Shown here: positions 49,275 through 61,746 of the stretch, one piece after another
Layout of the letters: each line of letters opens with the position of its first letter
Position numbering within the stretch: the first letter of the stretch is position 1
NCBI GenBank assembly: GCA_964016885.1
Contig: OZ024762.1
Coordinates: forward strand, 16,554,001 to 16,618,000
Length of the DNA stretch: 64,000 bases
Source: Eledone cirrhosa
Lineage: Eukaryota
Reading direction: 5' to 3'
Program-made: the position numbers and the translations under genes
The notes under the pieces: generated by a model
Told to the model about the DNA's origin: nothing
Seen by the model: only the letters and a program-made list of their open reading frames with translations
Database searches by the model: none

Positions 49275-49520
49275 GGCCAATGCTTCAGGGTTCACACATG
49301 GCAAGAGATTGCGAGGAACTGAAGCCTGAAATAATTTGTTATAGATGTAAGCGGGCAGGCCACATCACTAACAATTGCGACTAGGGAAAATGGCTGATAG
49401 CTACCCCTGGAAGTGAATAGACACTACCTGTGAATTTCAAATCATTTTCAAAATAAGCAAGAAGTTGGACATTATTAAGGAGATATTTGGAATGTGTCTG
49501 TACCAATTCTATTAGTGGCA
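49275..49520 (+). mobile_element. LTR-retrotransposon gag zinc-knuckle remnant
   Basis: HMARDC and CYRCKRAGHITNNC (CCHC) motifs. Confidence 0.6.
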
Positions 49521-49637
49521 GGTCAGTGGACATGGGAGAGGGAGTTATAAAGGTGGTGGTGGTGGTAGTAGTAGTAGTAGTAGTTGGTATAAGGTATTTG
49601 GAACACAATTTATCATAGTTGATATCAATATTTTCAG

Positions 49638-49689
49638 ATCGATGAACAGCCAGAACTATAAGACTGTGGAAACGGTGATGTCATATTGA
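49638..49689 (+). CDS. CFAP96: CFAP96 terminal exon 7 (SMNSQNYKTVETVMSY*)
   Basis: NSxNYKT...SY matches the C4orf47 C-terminus; total CDS 927 nt = 308 aa. Confidence 0.9.
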
Positions 49690-49797
49690 CAACAGATGAC
49701 ACAGCAACTTAACAGAAGAATATTTCAAGAACCAAAACCAGTTTTTCAAAGAGTGTAGTTTGTTTTTTTTTTCTCTACAAACAGACGAGGAAATGAA

Positions 49798-49859
49798 AAT
49801 AAAAGTAGAGACGAAATTCTTTATAATTATTGAATTTTATTTCAACAAAGAGAAATAAA
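49798..49859 (+). promoter_or_regulatory. Candidate polyadenylation signals (two AATAAA) for CFAP96
   Basis: AATAAA at 49798 and 49854, 110-170 nt after the stop. Confidence 0.45.
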
Positions 49860-49994
49860 AGCAGGCAGCTCATCTGCTGATGCCCATATTTCTTTGTTTT
49901 CACGGGTCTTATATTCCCAGATATTCAAGGGGCTTATATATATATCAGGGGTTTTATAAGCCCAGATATTCAGGGGGCTTATATATATATATTC

Positions 49995-50540
49995 AGGGAG
50001 CTCTGGGGCTTCTCATTCCATTGGAGCTCTGGGTCTCCCCTAACATTGGAGCTCTGGGGCCTCCACTTCCATTGAAGCCCTGGGGCCTCTCATTCCATTG
50101 GAGCTCTGGGGCTTCCCATTCCATTGGAGCTTTGGGGCTTCCCATTCCATTGGAGCTCTGGGGCTTCCCATTCCATTGGAGCCCTGGGGCTTCCCATTCC
50201 ATTGGAGCTCTGGGGCCTCTCATTCCATTGGAGCTCTGGGGCCTCCACTTCCATTGGAGCTCTGGGGCCTCTCATTCCATTGGAGCTTTGGGGCTTCCCA
50301 TTCCATTGGAGCCCTGGGGCTTCCCATTCCATTGGAGCTTTGGGGCTTCCCATTCCATTGGAGCTCTGGGGCTTCCCATTCCATTGGAGCTCTGGGGCTT
50401 CCCATTCCATTGGAGCTCAGGGGCTTCCCATTCCATTGGAGCTTTGGGGCTTCCCATTCCATTGGAGCTCTGGGGCTTCCCATTCCATTGGAGCTTTGGG
50501 GCTTCCCATTCCATTGGAGCTCTGGGGCCTCCACTTCCCT
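49995..50540. repeat. 26-bp minisatellite (TTCCATTGGAGCTCTGGGGCTTCCCA)
   Basis: Tandem units visible. Confidence 0.95.
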
Positions 50541-51471
50541 TCGATAGTTCTTCCAACTGCCCACTATAGCAGGAATATGTTTGAGAAGCCCTGTATTGAT
50601 AAACTGACACAATACTAGCTCTCTACTTGATATTGCCAGTAGGAAGTGTATTACTGGATAAGATTCCAGTAACCAAATACATTATTAACTCTCACAGGAA
50701 ATGTCTGTCTCTGCCTGGTTACTTCACAAACAATAAAAGCTTGATTCTTGCTGCTGACAAACAGGAATAGCTTAAATAATTTAACCATTTTATTTCAAAG
50801 TTTGTGGCATTTTATTTGGTTTTGTTTCACTGATGTCTTTTCAGTTAGTTTCTACATATTTATATTTTATATCTGACATCAAATGACAGTAAGTCAACAA
50901 GATAGTTATGTCGGCTTAGTAAAGATGTTAGAAAAACAGGATAGACTGTGGATGTGACAGCAAAAACAAAACTATTTTGATATTTATATTTTTAAAAAAA
51001 ACACACAGTCCACGCTGTAATGTGGCCGTGTAGGTAACACGGTAAAAACCTCCCAGTCCACACTGTAAACGTGGTTGGTGTTAGGAAGGGCATCCAGCCG
51101 TAGAAAACCCGCCAGACAGTCCTATAGGAGCAGGACAACAAATCTTGCCTCAAGTGGGAAAACTCCCGTCCAAACCTATGCAAGCATGGAAGATGGACGT
51201 TAAACGATGATGATGATTTTAGACTTAGCTCCGTTTAATTGATTATTTTTCTAGTTAATTTCTCAGGACTAAGAGGAAAGACTAGGTAAAGACTTTGTCT
51301 GACTGTTCCCCAGAGGAAAATAGATAACATTTAACTTATTTCTTCCAAGTTACATTTTAAACTTAACTCCGTTTAATTGATTATTTATCTGGTTGATTTC
51401 TATGGACTAAGGAGAAAAAATTGGATAAATTTTGTCTGACTATTCTTCAAACTTATAATTTTATATATATA

Positions 51472-51795
51472 TAGTGGTTAGAGCATTGGGCTTGCAATCG
51501 AAAGGTTGTGAGTTCAATTCTCAGACTGGGTGATGTGTTGTTTCCTTGAGCAAGACACTTTATTTCACATTGCTCCAGTTTACTCAGCTGTAGAAATGAA
51601 ATGATAGGGACTGGGGTCCCTATCATTCCACTGCAAAGTGGTCGTGGAGGCGCCACGGCAAAAAAGCACCCAGCACTCACTGTAAATGAGGTTGGTGTTA
51701 GAAAGGGCATCCAGCTGTAGAAATCAAGCCAAAATCAGTTCCCGTCCCACCCTTGCAAGCAGGGAAAAGCAGACGTAAAATGATGATGATGAGGA
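51472..51795 (+). mobile_element. Family 1 SINE, near full length, with RTE-derived 3' end
   Basis: Ends CCGTCCCACCCTTGCAAGCAGGGAAAAGCAGACGTAAAATGATGAT, as in RTE 3' ends. Confidence 0.85.
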
Positions 51796-51798
51796 TAA

Positions 51799-51862
<64 letters not shown>

Positions 51863-51936
51863 CCTTGTTAAGCCTTACCGGTAAAGTCTATGCTAAGTAT
51901 CTGTTGAACTAACTTATAGCAACATAAATAAATATA

Positions 51937-52245
51937 CAGTATTTGCTGACCTATTGGACGCCCCTTCGTATAAAACGCCCCCTAGTTTTACAAGAACATT
52001 TTCAGAAAAAAGAAATTTAGTACATTTCTTAATAAATTTATTAAAAATGATTTCATTGTTTTCTCAGAAAAATTGTATTGATAATACTAATAGTAATACA
52101 AACTAAAGTGTATTGTATTACTGTATTGGTAATACTAATAGTAATACAAACTAAATTGTTTTAACCTTGATTATCCTCACTCTCTATACGTGTGTTTGTT
52201 TGTTTTTTATGAAAATAAGTGCGTCCAATAGGCCGGCAAATACGA
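51937..52245. mobile_element. Tc1/pogo-type MITE; partial copy at ~55020-55140
   Basis: TA-CAGTATTTGCTGACCTATTGGACGC ... GCGTCCAATAGGCCGGCAAATACGA-TA. Confidence 0.75.
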
Positions 52246-52771
52246 TAGTTGATTGTGTTTTTGACTGTACTAAATTATTTTGAGGGAACTTTAACTTATA
52301 TCACCGGTGTCATTCATGGAAGTGAACAATTTATCAACGACACCGCCAACTTGTGTTTCTAACATTATCTAATTTAATATCGTACAAGGATTAATACTGT
52401 TATTTCTAGAGATTATTTCATGTTGAGATGAAAGTTAATGTTTGTGGATAAGATACAGGGATCTACATGTTACATGATCGATGATACAACATCTGGAATA
52501 GTAAATAATTCACTTCGGAAACATCGTGGATTCTTTGTTCCCAGTTTCACAGGACGAGGGAAATGAGTTTTCAACCACCAACTTATAAACTAAATTCCAT
52601 TCTTGATCCTTCTTTACTTTACAGCTGCTCCTTTAGTCAAAAAGACATATTATCTGGTTTACAACCACAGAATTTATTGTGTTCTATCCATGGTGAACAT
52701 CTTGATTTAATACGACATCTACATGTTTATCTACACAGAGACATGGGTTTTAATCACCAAGTTATAATTAC

Positions 52772-53191
52772 GAATAGGCTATGTAGCCGGTAAACACCAA
52801 AGAACGCATCACACATCGCTATAGCGTTTCACCAGCCCCTTCTTTCTGTTGTCTGTATCTGTTTATATATTTACCTGTAGATGTGTGCGTGTAGGTTTAC
52901 ACCTGTTGTCTATCTGTTTATCTATTTACCTGTAGATGTGTATGTGTAGGTAGGTTGACACCTCTGTTGTCTATCTGTTTATATATTTACCTGTAGATGT
53001 GTGTAACTAAAGTGTAACATACTTTACGAATGGACGACTAAATGATTTTAACTTGTTTTTTTTTTTTTAACAATTGATGGTGGAAAAGATTTCAAATTGT
53101 CTTAACTCGGGCCGTAACTCATAGTCTGACACTCTTACCGGCTACATAGCCTGGTAGTCTATTTTAGCAGGACTGGCTACATAGCCTCTTC
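52772..53191. mobile_element. Second copy of the AGGCTATGTAGCCGG TIR element
   Basis: Homologous to 15082-15630. Confidence 0.75.
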
Positions 53192-53585
53192 CTTATATTT
53201 AATACAACATCTACATGTTTATCTACACACACATGGGTTTTAATCAGCTATAAGTTTGTTGTTTTCCTGGCCCTTCTTAACTTCATAGCTGCCTTTTGAA
53301 GAGGATTTCACGAAACCGAAATAGGGAAGAAAACTTCTAAATATAAGCACATATTATTTGTGATTGCTATCACAGATCACACTTTCTACAATTTTCTAGT
53401 AACATTCTTCAGTAAATATTCTTTTATGTACAGAATAGAAGTGTTTATGTAGACAACTTAAAGAGAACCCAAACCAGTAACTAGCTTTCTGGTTCTAAGT
53501 TGAAAATATATCTACATTAGATATTTTCCACACATCATCATCATTAATCATAATATATTCTACTCCCAGACATTTCTCAACTTTG

Positions 53586-54854
53586 ATGAATTCCTCAACA
53601 GTTAATATGGAAGACTTGGACATTTCTAAAAGAACACTTTTTAATAATATAGAAACAGTTCCACAGACTTACAGTGGTGAGAAACCTTTACCGAATGAAG
53701 CATTTACTGAACAAAGATCATTGCATGGAAATATTCCTGAATATTACTGTGAGATTTGTAAGAAAACTTTCTCTTCAGAAGACCAATTATTAACACACAA
53801 AGAATTACACGACAAAGAAAAGCCGTTCCACTGTGAAATATGTGGGAAATATTTTGTCTCTAACTATTATTTAAGAAGACATGAAAGAATACACACTGGA
53901 GAGAAACCATTTCATTGCGAAATATGTGGAAAATCTTTTGTTACTAACAGTGATTTAAACAGACACAAACGTAGTCACACTGGAGAGAAACCATTTAATT
54001 GTGAAATATGTGGGAAATCATTCCCTTACAGTTCTAGTCTAGCAGTTCACCAAAGAATACACACTGGAGAAAAACCCTTCCATTGTGAAATATGTGGGAA
54101 GTCTTTTGTCTCTAACAGTGATCTAAAAAGACATAAAAAAATACACACTGGAGAAAAACCGTTCCACTGTGAAATATGTGGTGAATCGTTTATTTGTAAT
54201 AGTGAGCTAAAAAGACATAAAAGAACACACACTGGAGAGAGACCATATCACTGTGAAATATGTGGCAAATCTTTCTCTGATAATTCTAATCTTTTAGTTC
54301 ATAATCGTAGTCACTCTGGTGAAAAACCGTATCACTGTGAAATATGTGGAAAATCTTTCTATGCAAATTCTAATCTTGTAGTTCACCAAAGAATACACAG
54401 TGGAGAAAAACTTTTTAATTGTGAAATATGTGGGAAATCTTACAGTCAGAATTCTCACCTTGTAGTTCACCAAAGAATACACACTGGAGAAAAACCGTTC
54501 CATTGTGAAATATGTGGGAAATGTTTTGTTACTAATGGTCAATTAAAAAGACACGAGAGAACACACACTGGAGAAAGACCCTATCATTGTGAAATATGTG
54601 GGAAATCTTTCTCTGATAATTCTGGTCTTGTAGTTCACCAAAGGACACACACTGGAGAGAAACCATTCCATTGTGAAATATGTGGGAAATATTTTGTCTC
54701 TGACAGTGATTTGGTAAAACATATTAGAACACACACTGGAGAAAAACCGTATCGCTGTGAAATATGTGAGAAATCGTTCGTCACTAAATGTGTTTTAAAA
54801 AAACACAAACAAATACGCCATGACAGAAATATTTTAATTGTGAAATATGAATAA
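53586..54854 (+). CDS. C2H2 zinc-finger protein, 13 tandem fingers with TGEKP linkers (~422 aa)
   Basis: Intact ORF with 13 CxxC-x12-Hxxx(x)H units; ATG at 53586; possible acceptor TCCCAG at 53569; AATAAA at 55235. Confidence 0.93.
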   Translation: MNSSTVNMEDLDISKRTLFNNIETVPQTYSGEKPLPNEAFTEQRSLHGNIPEYYCEICKKTFSSEDQLLTHKELHDKEKPFHCEICGKYFVSNYYLRRHERIHTGEKPFHCEICGKSFVTNSDLNRHKRSHTGEKPFNCEICGKSFPYSSSLAVHQRIHTGEKPFHCEICGKSFVSNSDLKRHKKIHTGEKPFHCEICGESFICNSELKRHKRTHTGERPYHCEICGKSFSDNSNLLVHNRSHSGEKPYHCEICGKSFYANSNLVVHQRIHSGEKLFNCEICGKSYSQNSHLVVHQRIHTGEKPFHCEICGKCFVTNGQLKRHERTHTGERPYHCEICGKSFSDNSGLVVHQRTHTGEKPFHCEICGKYFVSDSDLVKHIRTHTGEKPYRCEICEKSFVTKCVLKKHKQIRHDRNILIVKYE

Positions 54855-55624
54855 TTCTTACATTGCAAATCTAAATTTATTGTCAACGAAAAACAGTGGC
54901 ATTTTGAAAACAATGTTGGATATTAGGTTTATGTAAAGAGGTCTGGAGGAAGGATCAAAGCCTCTACAGATCCTCCTAGACCTGACATATGTATAATCAA
55001 TGGTGTTCTAACCATGACCAACTATTGAATGCCCCTTCGTATAAGACACTCCCTGGTTTTACAAGGACATTTTGAGAAAAAAGAAATTTAGCACATTTCT
55101 TCATAAATTTATTAAAAATTAATTCATTGTTTTCTCAGAAACTCTTCTATAAGTTCAACATCATAAGATGCTGTAGCATGATCAAACCTTCACGTAACCA
55201 TGAGCACCATTGAAATATGTATTACAGATTTATGAATAAAGTATTTTTAAACATCTTTACTAAACTTGACAATTATCCTTATTGTAAATATACTCCATCG
55301 TGAATCAATAAATTATATTTGGAAGAAAACACTTGATGTTGAGTACTTTAATCTAATTACATCATTATTCCCTGATCAGTGTCTGGCATATGCAGCATGT
55401 TTACCAAAACCAGATATATTTTTATGTAGGCCCCCAATAGCCTTGATGTACTGCCCCTTTTCCTCTAATCTGCTCTCTCCCACTGCATCTAGTACCTTCC
55501 CTTATCCAGACAACAAAAAATCTTTAACACTTATTAATAAACAAACACGTAGAAATGCACACACAACCATTTCTCCCTTAGCAATGTAAAGTGTGGCTGC
55601 TATGACATATATTTACATATATAT

Positions 55625-55960
55625 GGAGGCACATGGCTTAGTGGTTAGAGCATTGGCCTTGCAATCAAAAGGTTGTGAGTTCAATTCTCAGACCGGGTGA
55701 TGTGTTGTTTCCTTGAGCAAGACACTTTATTTCACATTGCTCCAGTTTACTCAGCTGTAGAAATGAGATGATAGGGACTGGGGTCCATATTCCACTGCAA
55801 AGTGGTCGTGGAGGTGCCACGGCAAAAAAGCACCCAGCACTCACTGTAAATGAGGTTGGTGTTAGGAAGGGCATCCAGCTGTAGAGATCAAGCCAGAATC
55901 AGTTCCCGTCCCACCCTTGCAAGCAAGGAAAAGCGGACGTAAAATGAAATGATGATGATG
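55625..55960 (+). mobile_element. Family 1 SINE, full length
   Basis: tRNA-like head, CORE-like body, RTE-like tail. Confidence 0.85.
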
Positions 55961-55964
55961 ATAT

Positions 55965-56208
55965 ATGTGTGATGCGCATGGAGGATGTCCGCTGGGTAAA
56001 GAAGTGCCAAGAAATCCCAGTAGAAGGAAGACGCAGTAGAAGAAGACCACGAAAAACATGGGCGGAGGTGGTGAGAGCAGACCTCGGATTGCTGAAACTC
56101 ACAGAGATGACGAAGGACGGTGACAAGTGGAGAGATGCTGTGCTGAATAGGACCTGTCCCACCCTTGCAAACAGAGAAAAGCGGACGTAAAATGATGATG
56201 ATGATGAT
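55965..56208 (+). mobile_element. RTE LINE 3' fragment
   Basis: MRMEDVRWVKKCQE...RPRKTWAEVV; (GAT)n tail. Confidence 0.88.
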
Positions 56209-56454
56209 ATACATAGCTGAATTTAGACTCAGGCTGGCTACACAATGTATCTAATTTTTCTACACACACACACACATATATATCATCTTTGCCAATTTAT
56301 TCCTGAGAGAGTCATAGGGGCAGAGTCCTCAAACACACCTTCCAACAGGTCCTGTCAGAAGCAACTGTCTCCAACTGATCCAGCTGGATCCCCAACCATC
56401 TTGCTTGAGGTCTCACCTGTAAAATCTGTCCAGCAATTCTTTCCTGAGATATTC

Positions 56455-57385
56455 TAACCACATGGAAGCATGTCCTAGAATCAAAAGGCCTTAAAGTTAA
56501 CTTGTCTAAGACTAAAGTTCTAGTTTGTAGAAAGGAAAATAGGGTACAGGTGCCCTTAGGGAAATGGCCATGCTCAGTATGTAGGAAAGGAGTAGGCAGA
56601 AATTCCATTTTATGTCCCAAATGCCAAGTATGGGTCCATAAAAGATGTGGGATCACAGGTAAACTATCTAAGAACGTAGACTTTATATGGCCGATGCTCA
56701 GGTGCAATAAGTAGTAAGTGTCCACAAGATACTAGCTCCTTCTATTACCCAGATGGTTCTATAGAAATAGTAGACACTTTCCGTTGCCTGGGTGACAAAA
56801 TCAGCAGTGGTGGAGGGTGTTCTGAAAGTACAGTAGCCAGAGTCAGAACGGGATAGAAAAAGTTCAGAGAGCTTATACCGTTGTTGGCCACAAAAGATTT
56901 CTCTCTAAAAATGAAAGGCAGATTGTATGATGCCTGTATACGAACAGCAATGCTACATGGCAGTGAGACATGGGCATTACGTGCAGAGGACCTGCGCAGA
57001 CTGGAAAGGAACGAAGCATGCATGCTCCGTTGGATGTGTAATAGTAATACACGTGAACGGCAAAGCATAAATGAACTAAGTGAGAAATTAGGAATAAGAG
57101 GGATCAGATGCTGTTTACTCGAGGGAAGACTTCGTTGGTATGGCCACGTGATGCGTATGAAAGACGACAGCTGTATAAAAAAGTGCAGGGCGATCAAAAT
57201 TGATGGTAGTTACGGAGTAAGTAGACCCAGAAAAACCTGGGACGATCTGATAAATTTCGACCTTACACACTTGCACTTCTCTAAGACAATGTCACTGGAC
57301 CGAGATCGTTGGCGCTACACAGTAATACAGCAGACCCGCCTTGCCTATGTACAAAGCGAAACCTACAGTCAGTAGGCACCTCTTA
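56455..57385 (+). mobile_element. RTE LINE 3' ~900 bp (second subfamily), with stops and frameshift
   Basis: KTKVL, KWPCSVC...WVHKRC, MLHGSETW, RLRWYGHV. Confidence 0.92.
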
Positions 57386-58499
57386 ACCAAATATACACCC
57401 CAATCCACTACCCCTACCCTATCCTCCCACTAACACCACCCTCTCTCTGTAAAGTTGGTACCACAATATCCAGTCCAAATGAATGAGATCGAGATCGTGT
57501 AGGTGTCACGACAAAAAAACACACAGTCCACGCTGTAATGTGGCCGTGTAGGCAACATGGTAAAAAGTTCCCAGTTCCACACTGTAAATGTGGTTGGTGT
57601 TAGGAAGGGCATCCAACCGTAGAAAACCTACCAGATAGTCCTATACGAGCGAGACACAGTCACCTGACCAACCTTGCCTCAAGTGGGACAACTCCCGTCT
57701 AACCCATGCTAGCGTGGAAGATGGACATTAAACGATGATGATGATGATGCCCATAGTATCGGAGCTGCATGGCTGGAATGAAAATCAGTGCTGCAAAAAC
57801 TAAGAGGCTCATCCTTTAAAAGAAGCCTGCACAGTGCACTCTCTATGTAAATGGAGTTCCACTGAAGCAGGTAGAGAAATTCAAGTATCTCAGGGCTGTG
57901 TTCACGAGTAATAGGAGGCAGGAGGCTGAATTTCCCTTGGACAACATCATACATAGTGTATGTATAGTGTGTTTAGTACAGTGGTATTTGGTTTTATGAA
58001 ATGAAAGGGACAAAAAGAAAATCACATATATATTTGGTTTAGGCAACACGGTAAAAACCTCCCAGTCCACACTGTAAATGTGGTTGGTGTTAGGAAGGGC
58101 ATCCAGCTGTAGAAAACCCGCCAGACAGTCCTATGCGAGCAAGACAACCACTCTTGCCTCAAGTGGGGAAAACTCCCGTCCAAACCCATGCAAGCGTGGA
58201 ACATGGACGTTAAACGATGATGATGATGATATATACTGATACTTCATTGTGTTATAAACAATCTCATATCACTGTTGGATACATACAACTTACACAGAGT
58301 GCTTAATTCTGCCTACACCATAATTTATGGATTAAGGTGGTTCAAACACAACACTAACAAATAAACACTGAGATGGAGAAAACAATATATATACATAATG
58401 CAGGCCATAATGCAGAAAATTCGTATTGCATCATATACATATTTAATCACATATTACATGTTTCATTGCCGGTCAGCTCGAGGTAAGATTGCTTATGTT

Positions 58500-58650
58500 C
58501 GTTCCTGACTCTGGAGTCAAAAGCTCCTCAGATATGAGCTACCACATGTAGACTCACGTCAAAATGTTTTTGATACTCTGCTCCCCAATAACATTGAGTG
58601 CTCATCTTGGCATACTGCCTGTGAATGCAATGCAATTGCACCCTTACTAC
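58500..58650 (+). mobile_element. Isolated Penelope-like tail remnant
   Basis: Carries ACTC-TG..CA-TT-GAGT (58575-58599) and ends at (TA)n. Confidence 0.4.
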
Positions 58651-59944
58651 TATATATGTATATATCATCATCATCATTTAACGTCTATCTTCCATGCTGG
58701 CATGGGTTAGACGGGAGTTGTCCCATTTGAGGCAAGATTGGTCGGGTGACTGTATCTCGCTTGTATAGGACTATCTGGCAGGTTTTCTACGGTTGGATGC
58801 CCTTCCTAACACCAACCACATTTACAGTGTGGACTGGGAGCTTTTTACTGTTACCTTCACAACCACATTACAACGTGGACTGTTTTTTTATATGTGTATA
58901 TATACATTGACCTCATACAAGGTTACATCTCAAAGGAGGTTTACACCTGTTCTTTTATGCCAAAACTTTTTAAGGAACTGCGAACAAGGTGTTTTCTATG
59001 GTTGTGGGTTCTTTGAAAGGGAAAAATAACAGAAGGCAACACATAAGGTGATTGGTAGTGTGATGGACTCCATGAACACTGGTAAGGGTAGCTTGGAACA
59101 GGATGGAAAGGTATCGTGGTGAGTGAAAAGCCTAACCATTGTTTCAGCTACAGCAGCAGAGGAGTTAAGTTATGATGGGTTTGAAGAAAACAGAGTTGGA
59201 TGTCTTCAATGTAATGACTATATAGACCAGAGGTGAATAAACTAGCAAAGCTTTCAACATAGCTAATGAGTGTTTCAGTGGAGACCAGCAACCTCTGAGG
59301 AGCAGGGACTATAGTAGTAGAGATAGACTAGGCAGAGGGAACGGCATATTTAGGGGCAGTGGAGGAGACGAGACCACTGTAATAGAGGTAGACTAGGTAG
59401 AGAGGGAACAGCATATTTAGGGGCTGGGGAGTGCCAGTGAGGAGCAGAGGCCATTGTAGTAGAAGTAGACTAGGAAGAGAGGGAACAGCATATTTAGGGG
59501 CTGGGGAGGAGCAGAGACCATTGTAGTAGTGTTAGAATATGCAGAAGGAGGAGAGACAATATTTGTGGAACAGAACCTGTTGAATGTCAGCTGCTCACCT
59601 TTGCACTGTTGATAAAGCTGGAGTGTCATCCCCTAATGTAGCAACCTTGTCAACCCCTTTTCTACATACCATGATGCCAAATTTTGTCCATTTTCAAGAG
59701 AAACTTCAAGCCAACCTTCGTACTTCTGCTGGGTCAAGCCCGACGGGGGCTGACATCTTAAACAAGCCACAACAAATAAGAAAGATTTAGAAGAGAATAT
59801 ACTACTCACTAGATATTCAAACAAAAGTGACATTAGAATTATTACTAGAAATAGTAGCCAAATATTTATCGCTCGCCACGTTTTAAAATATTGAAGGACA
59901 CATTAGAAGATGTAGTTTTAGATAGTCATATATAAGCTTCACCA

Positions 59945-60520
59945 CAAATATCCGAGTCTACAGAGCTGTTGGTATCACTACCCTCCTCTACGGAGCTGAA
60001 AGCTGGATCCTGTACTGAAAGGAGATCAAGCTACTGGAAAGATTCAATCAGCAATGCCTTCGCTCCATCATGGGCATCCGTTGGCAAGACTATGTAACAA
60101 ACGACGAGGAAGTTCTCGAGAGGACCGATATCACAAGCATTGAGAACATGCTGATGCTGAGACAACTCTGCTGGGCAGGCCATGTCTCGTGCATAAACGA
60201 CTCTAGGATGCCAAAGGCAGTTTTCTACGGCGAACTACGTCAAGGCAGCGAAACCACGTCCCTTCCCTCGAAAATGCTTCAAGGATCAACTCAAGTGCCA
60301 GCTGGTTCAGAGAGAAATGGAAAGCGACCATCAAAACAGCTGCGGCCAGCTGTTAGGAGGGCAGGAAGCCGACAGCTGAAGACAAACATCAAAGTACATA
60401 CCTACCTCAACTGTACCAGAGCCTGCAGGTCCAGGATTGGCTTCTACGGTCACCCCAGGGTGTGTCGCTGCACAGAACAGAACAACTATTCTTCCCTCAG
60501 TTCTTCGCAAGCGAAGAATT
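59945..60520 (+). mobile_element. BovB-like RTE LINE 3' remnant
   Basis: TTLLYGAESW, LRSIMGIRWQD, QLCWAGHV...RMPKAVFYGEL, CxRxCRSRIGxxxH. Confidence 0.85.
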
Positions 60521-60656
60521 TGCCATTTATGCACATATGTTGGTCAACGCTGGAATCTCATTGATTTATATGTCTGTTCCTAGAGGACCTATTCAGGTTA
60601 CGGCAACTGTTCTTTTGTCCAGACAGCATTGTTTTCAAAATACCGGTGTATCTGTA

Positions 60657-60732
<76 letters not shown>

Positions 60733-61300
60733 CGCACACATAGATACATCTATATATGCGTGTATGAATTTTGTTGGGGGTTTGAATAGTGAAAATTTCA
60801 TAAAGCTGCTGTTTACTTTTATTCACAGACTTTAACGAGCAAGACAAGATGACCCGACATGTGTGTAATCGATGGGATTCCTGCCGTGACCATCCTGTGT
60901 TTATATGAGTATCAAGGTACCCACATCTACATCGTTGAATGCACCTTTCATTGTCTTAAAAGGGGTTGCAGAAGACGGAACATCTGTGGGTGAGAGGTCG
61001 GGGAATGTTAGTGAGTAGCTTTAAATTAATTAGCCATGATTCTATGAAATAAAGAAGCGAAATCACTTTGAAAAAAACAGCGGAACAATAGTAATTATGA
61101 GACCGGTGTAGCGATTACATATTGCCCTTTGTTTACATTAACCCCTCGCGCCAACACGGTAATTAGATATTCAGATTACAGGGAGGTGTGGGTGGAATTA
61201 ATTCTTTTATTTATTTACTTATATTAAACACCAAACACGGTCCTGAGGAGAAAATTAAAAAACTCGCCTTTTTAAAAATAATAAAATTCAACCCTAACCT

Positions 61301-61685
61301 CTCCCATGATGCAACAGTGAGGGTAAATAAGTTGACGCTTTAGCGACATCAGTTCCTAAAATTTCACCAAGGGGAAATCTCAAGAACGATAACTCTGTCT
61401 TTACTTAATCGCAAAAATAGGTGCAAAAATTATTCCGAAAGTTTCTCCTTCACAACACTTGCTATGGACGAAAACGACAATATTAAAAGTATTTTGTGGA
61501 TTTTTAATAGGTGAACACTTCATTATTTATATATATATATCCCCCACTCTCAAGAGCGTGAAACTAATAAACCTTTGTTTGTACTGCCTCTCTGTTTTCG
61601 TTCCCGTTCCAGTTTTCACTATATATATGTATATATATAATGGGTGAACACTTCATTATATATAATATATCATACACACACACAC

Positions 61686-61746
<61 letters not shown>

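Noticed and set aside
48926-49384. 152-aa repeat protein with zinc knuckle
   Set aside because: 48-bp tandem array read in frame into a gag remnant within CFAP96 intron 6
54047-54913. Antisense ORFs over the ZNF
   Set aside because: Shadow frames of the repetitive finger-coding sequence
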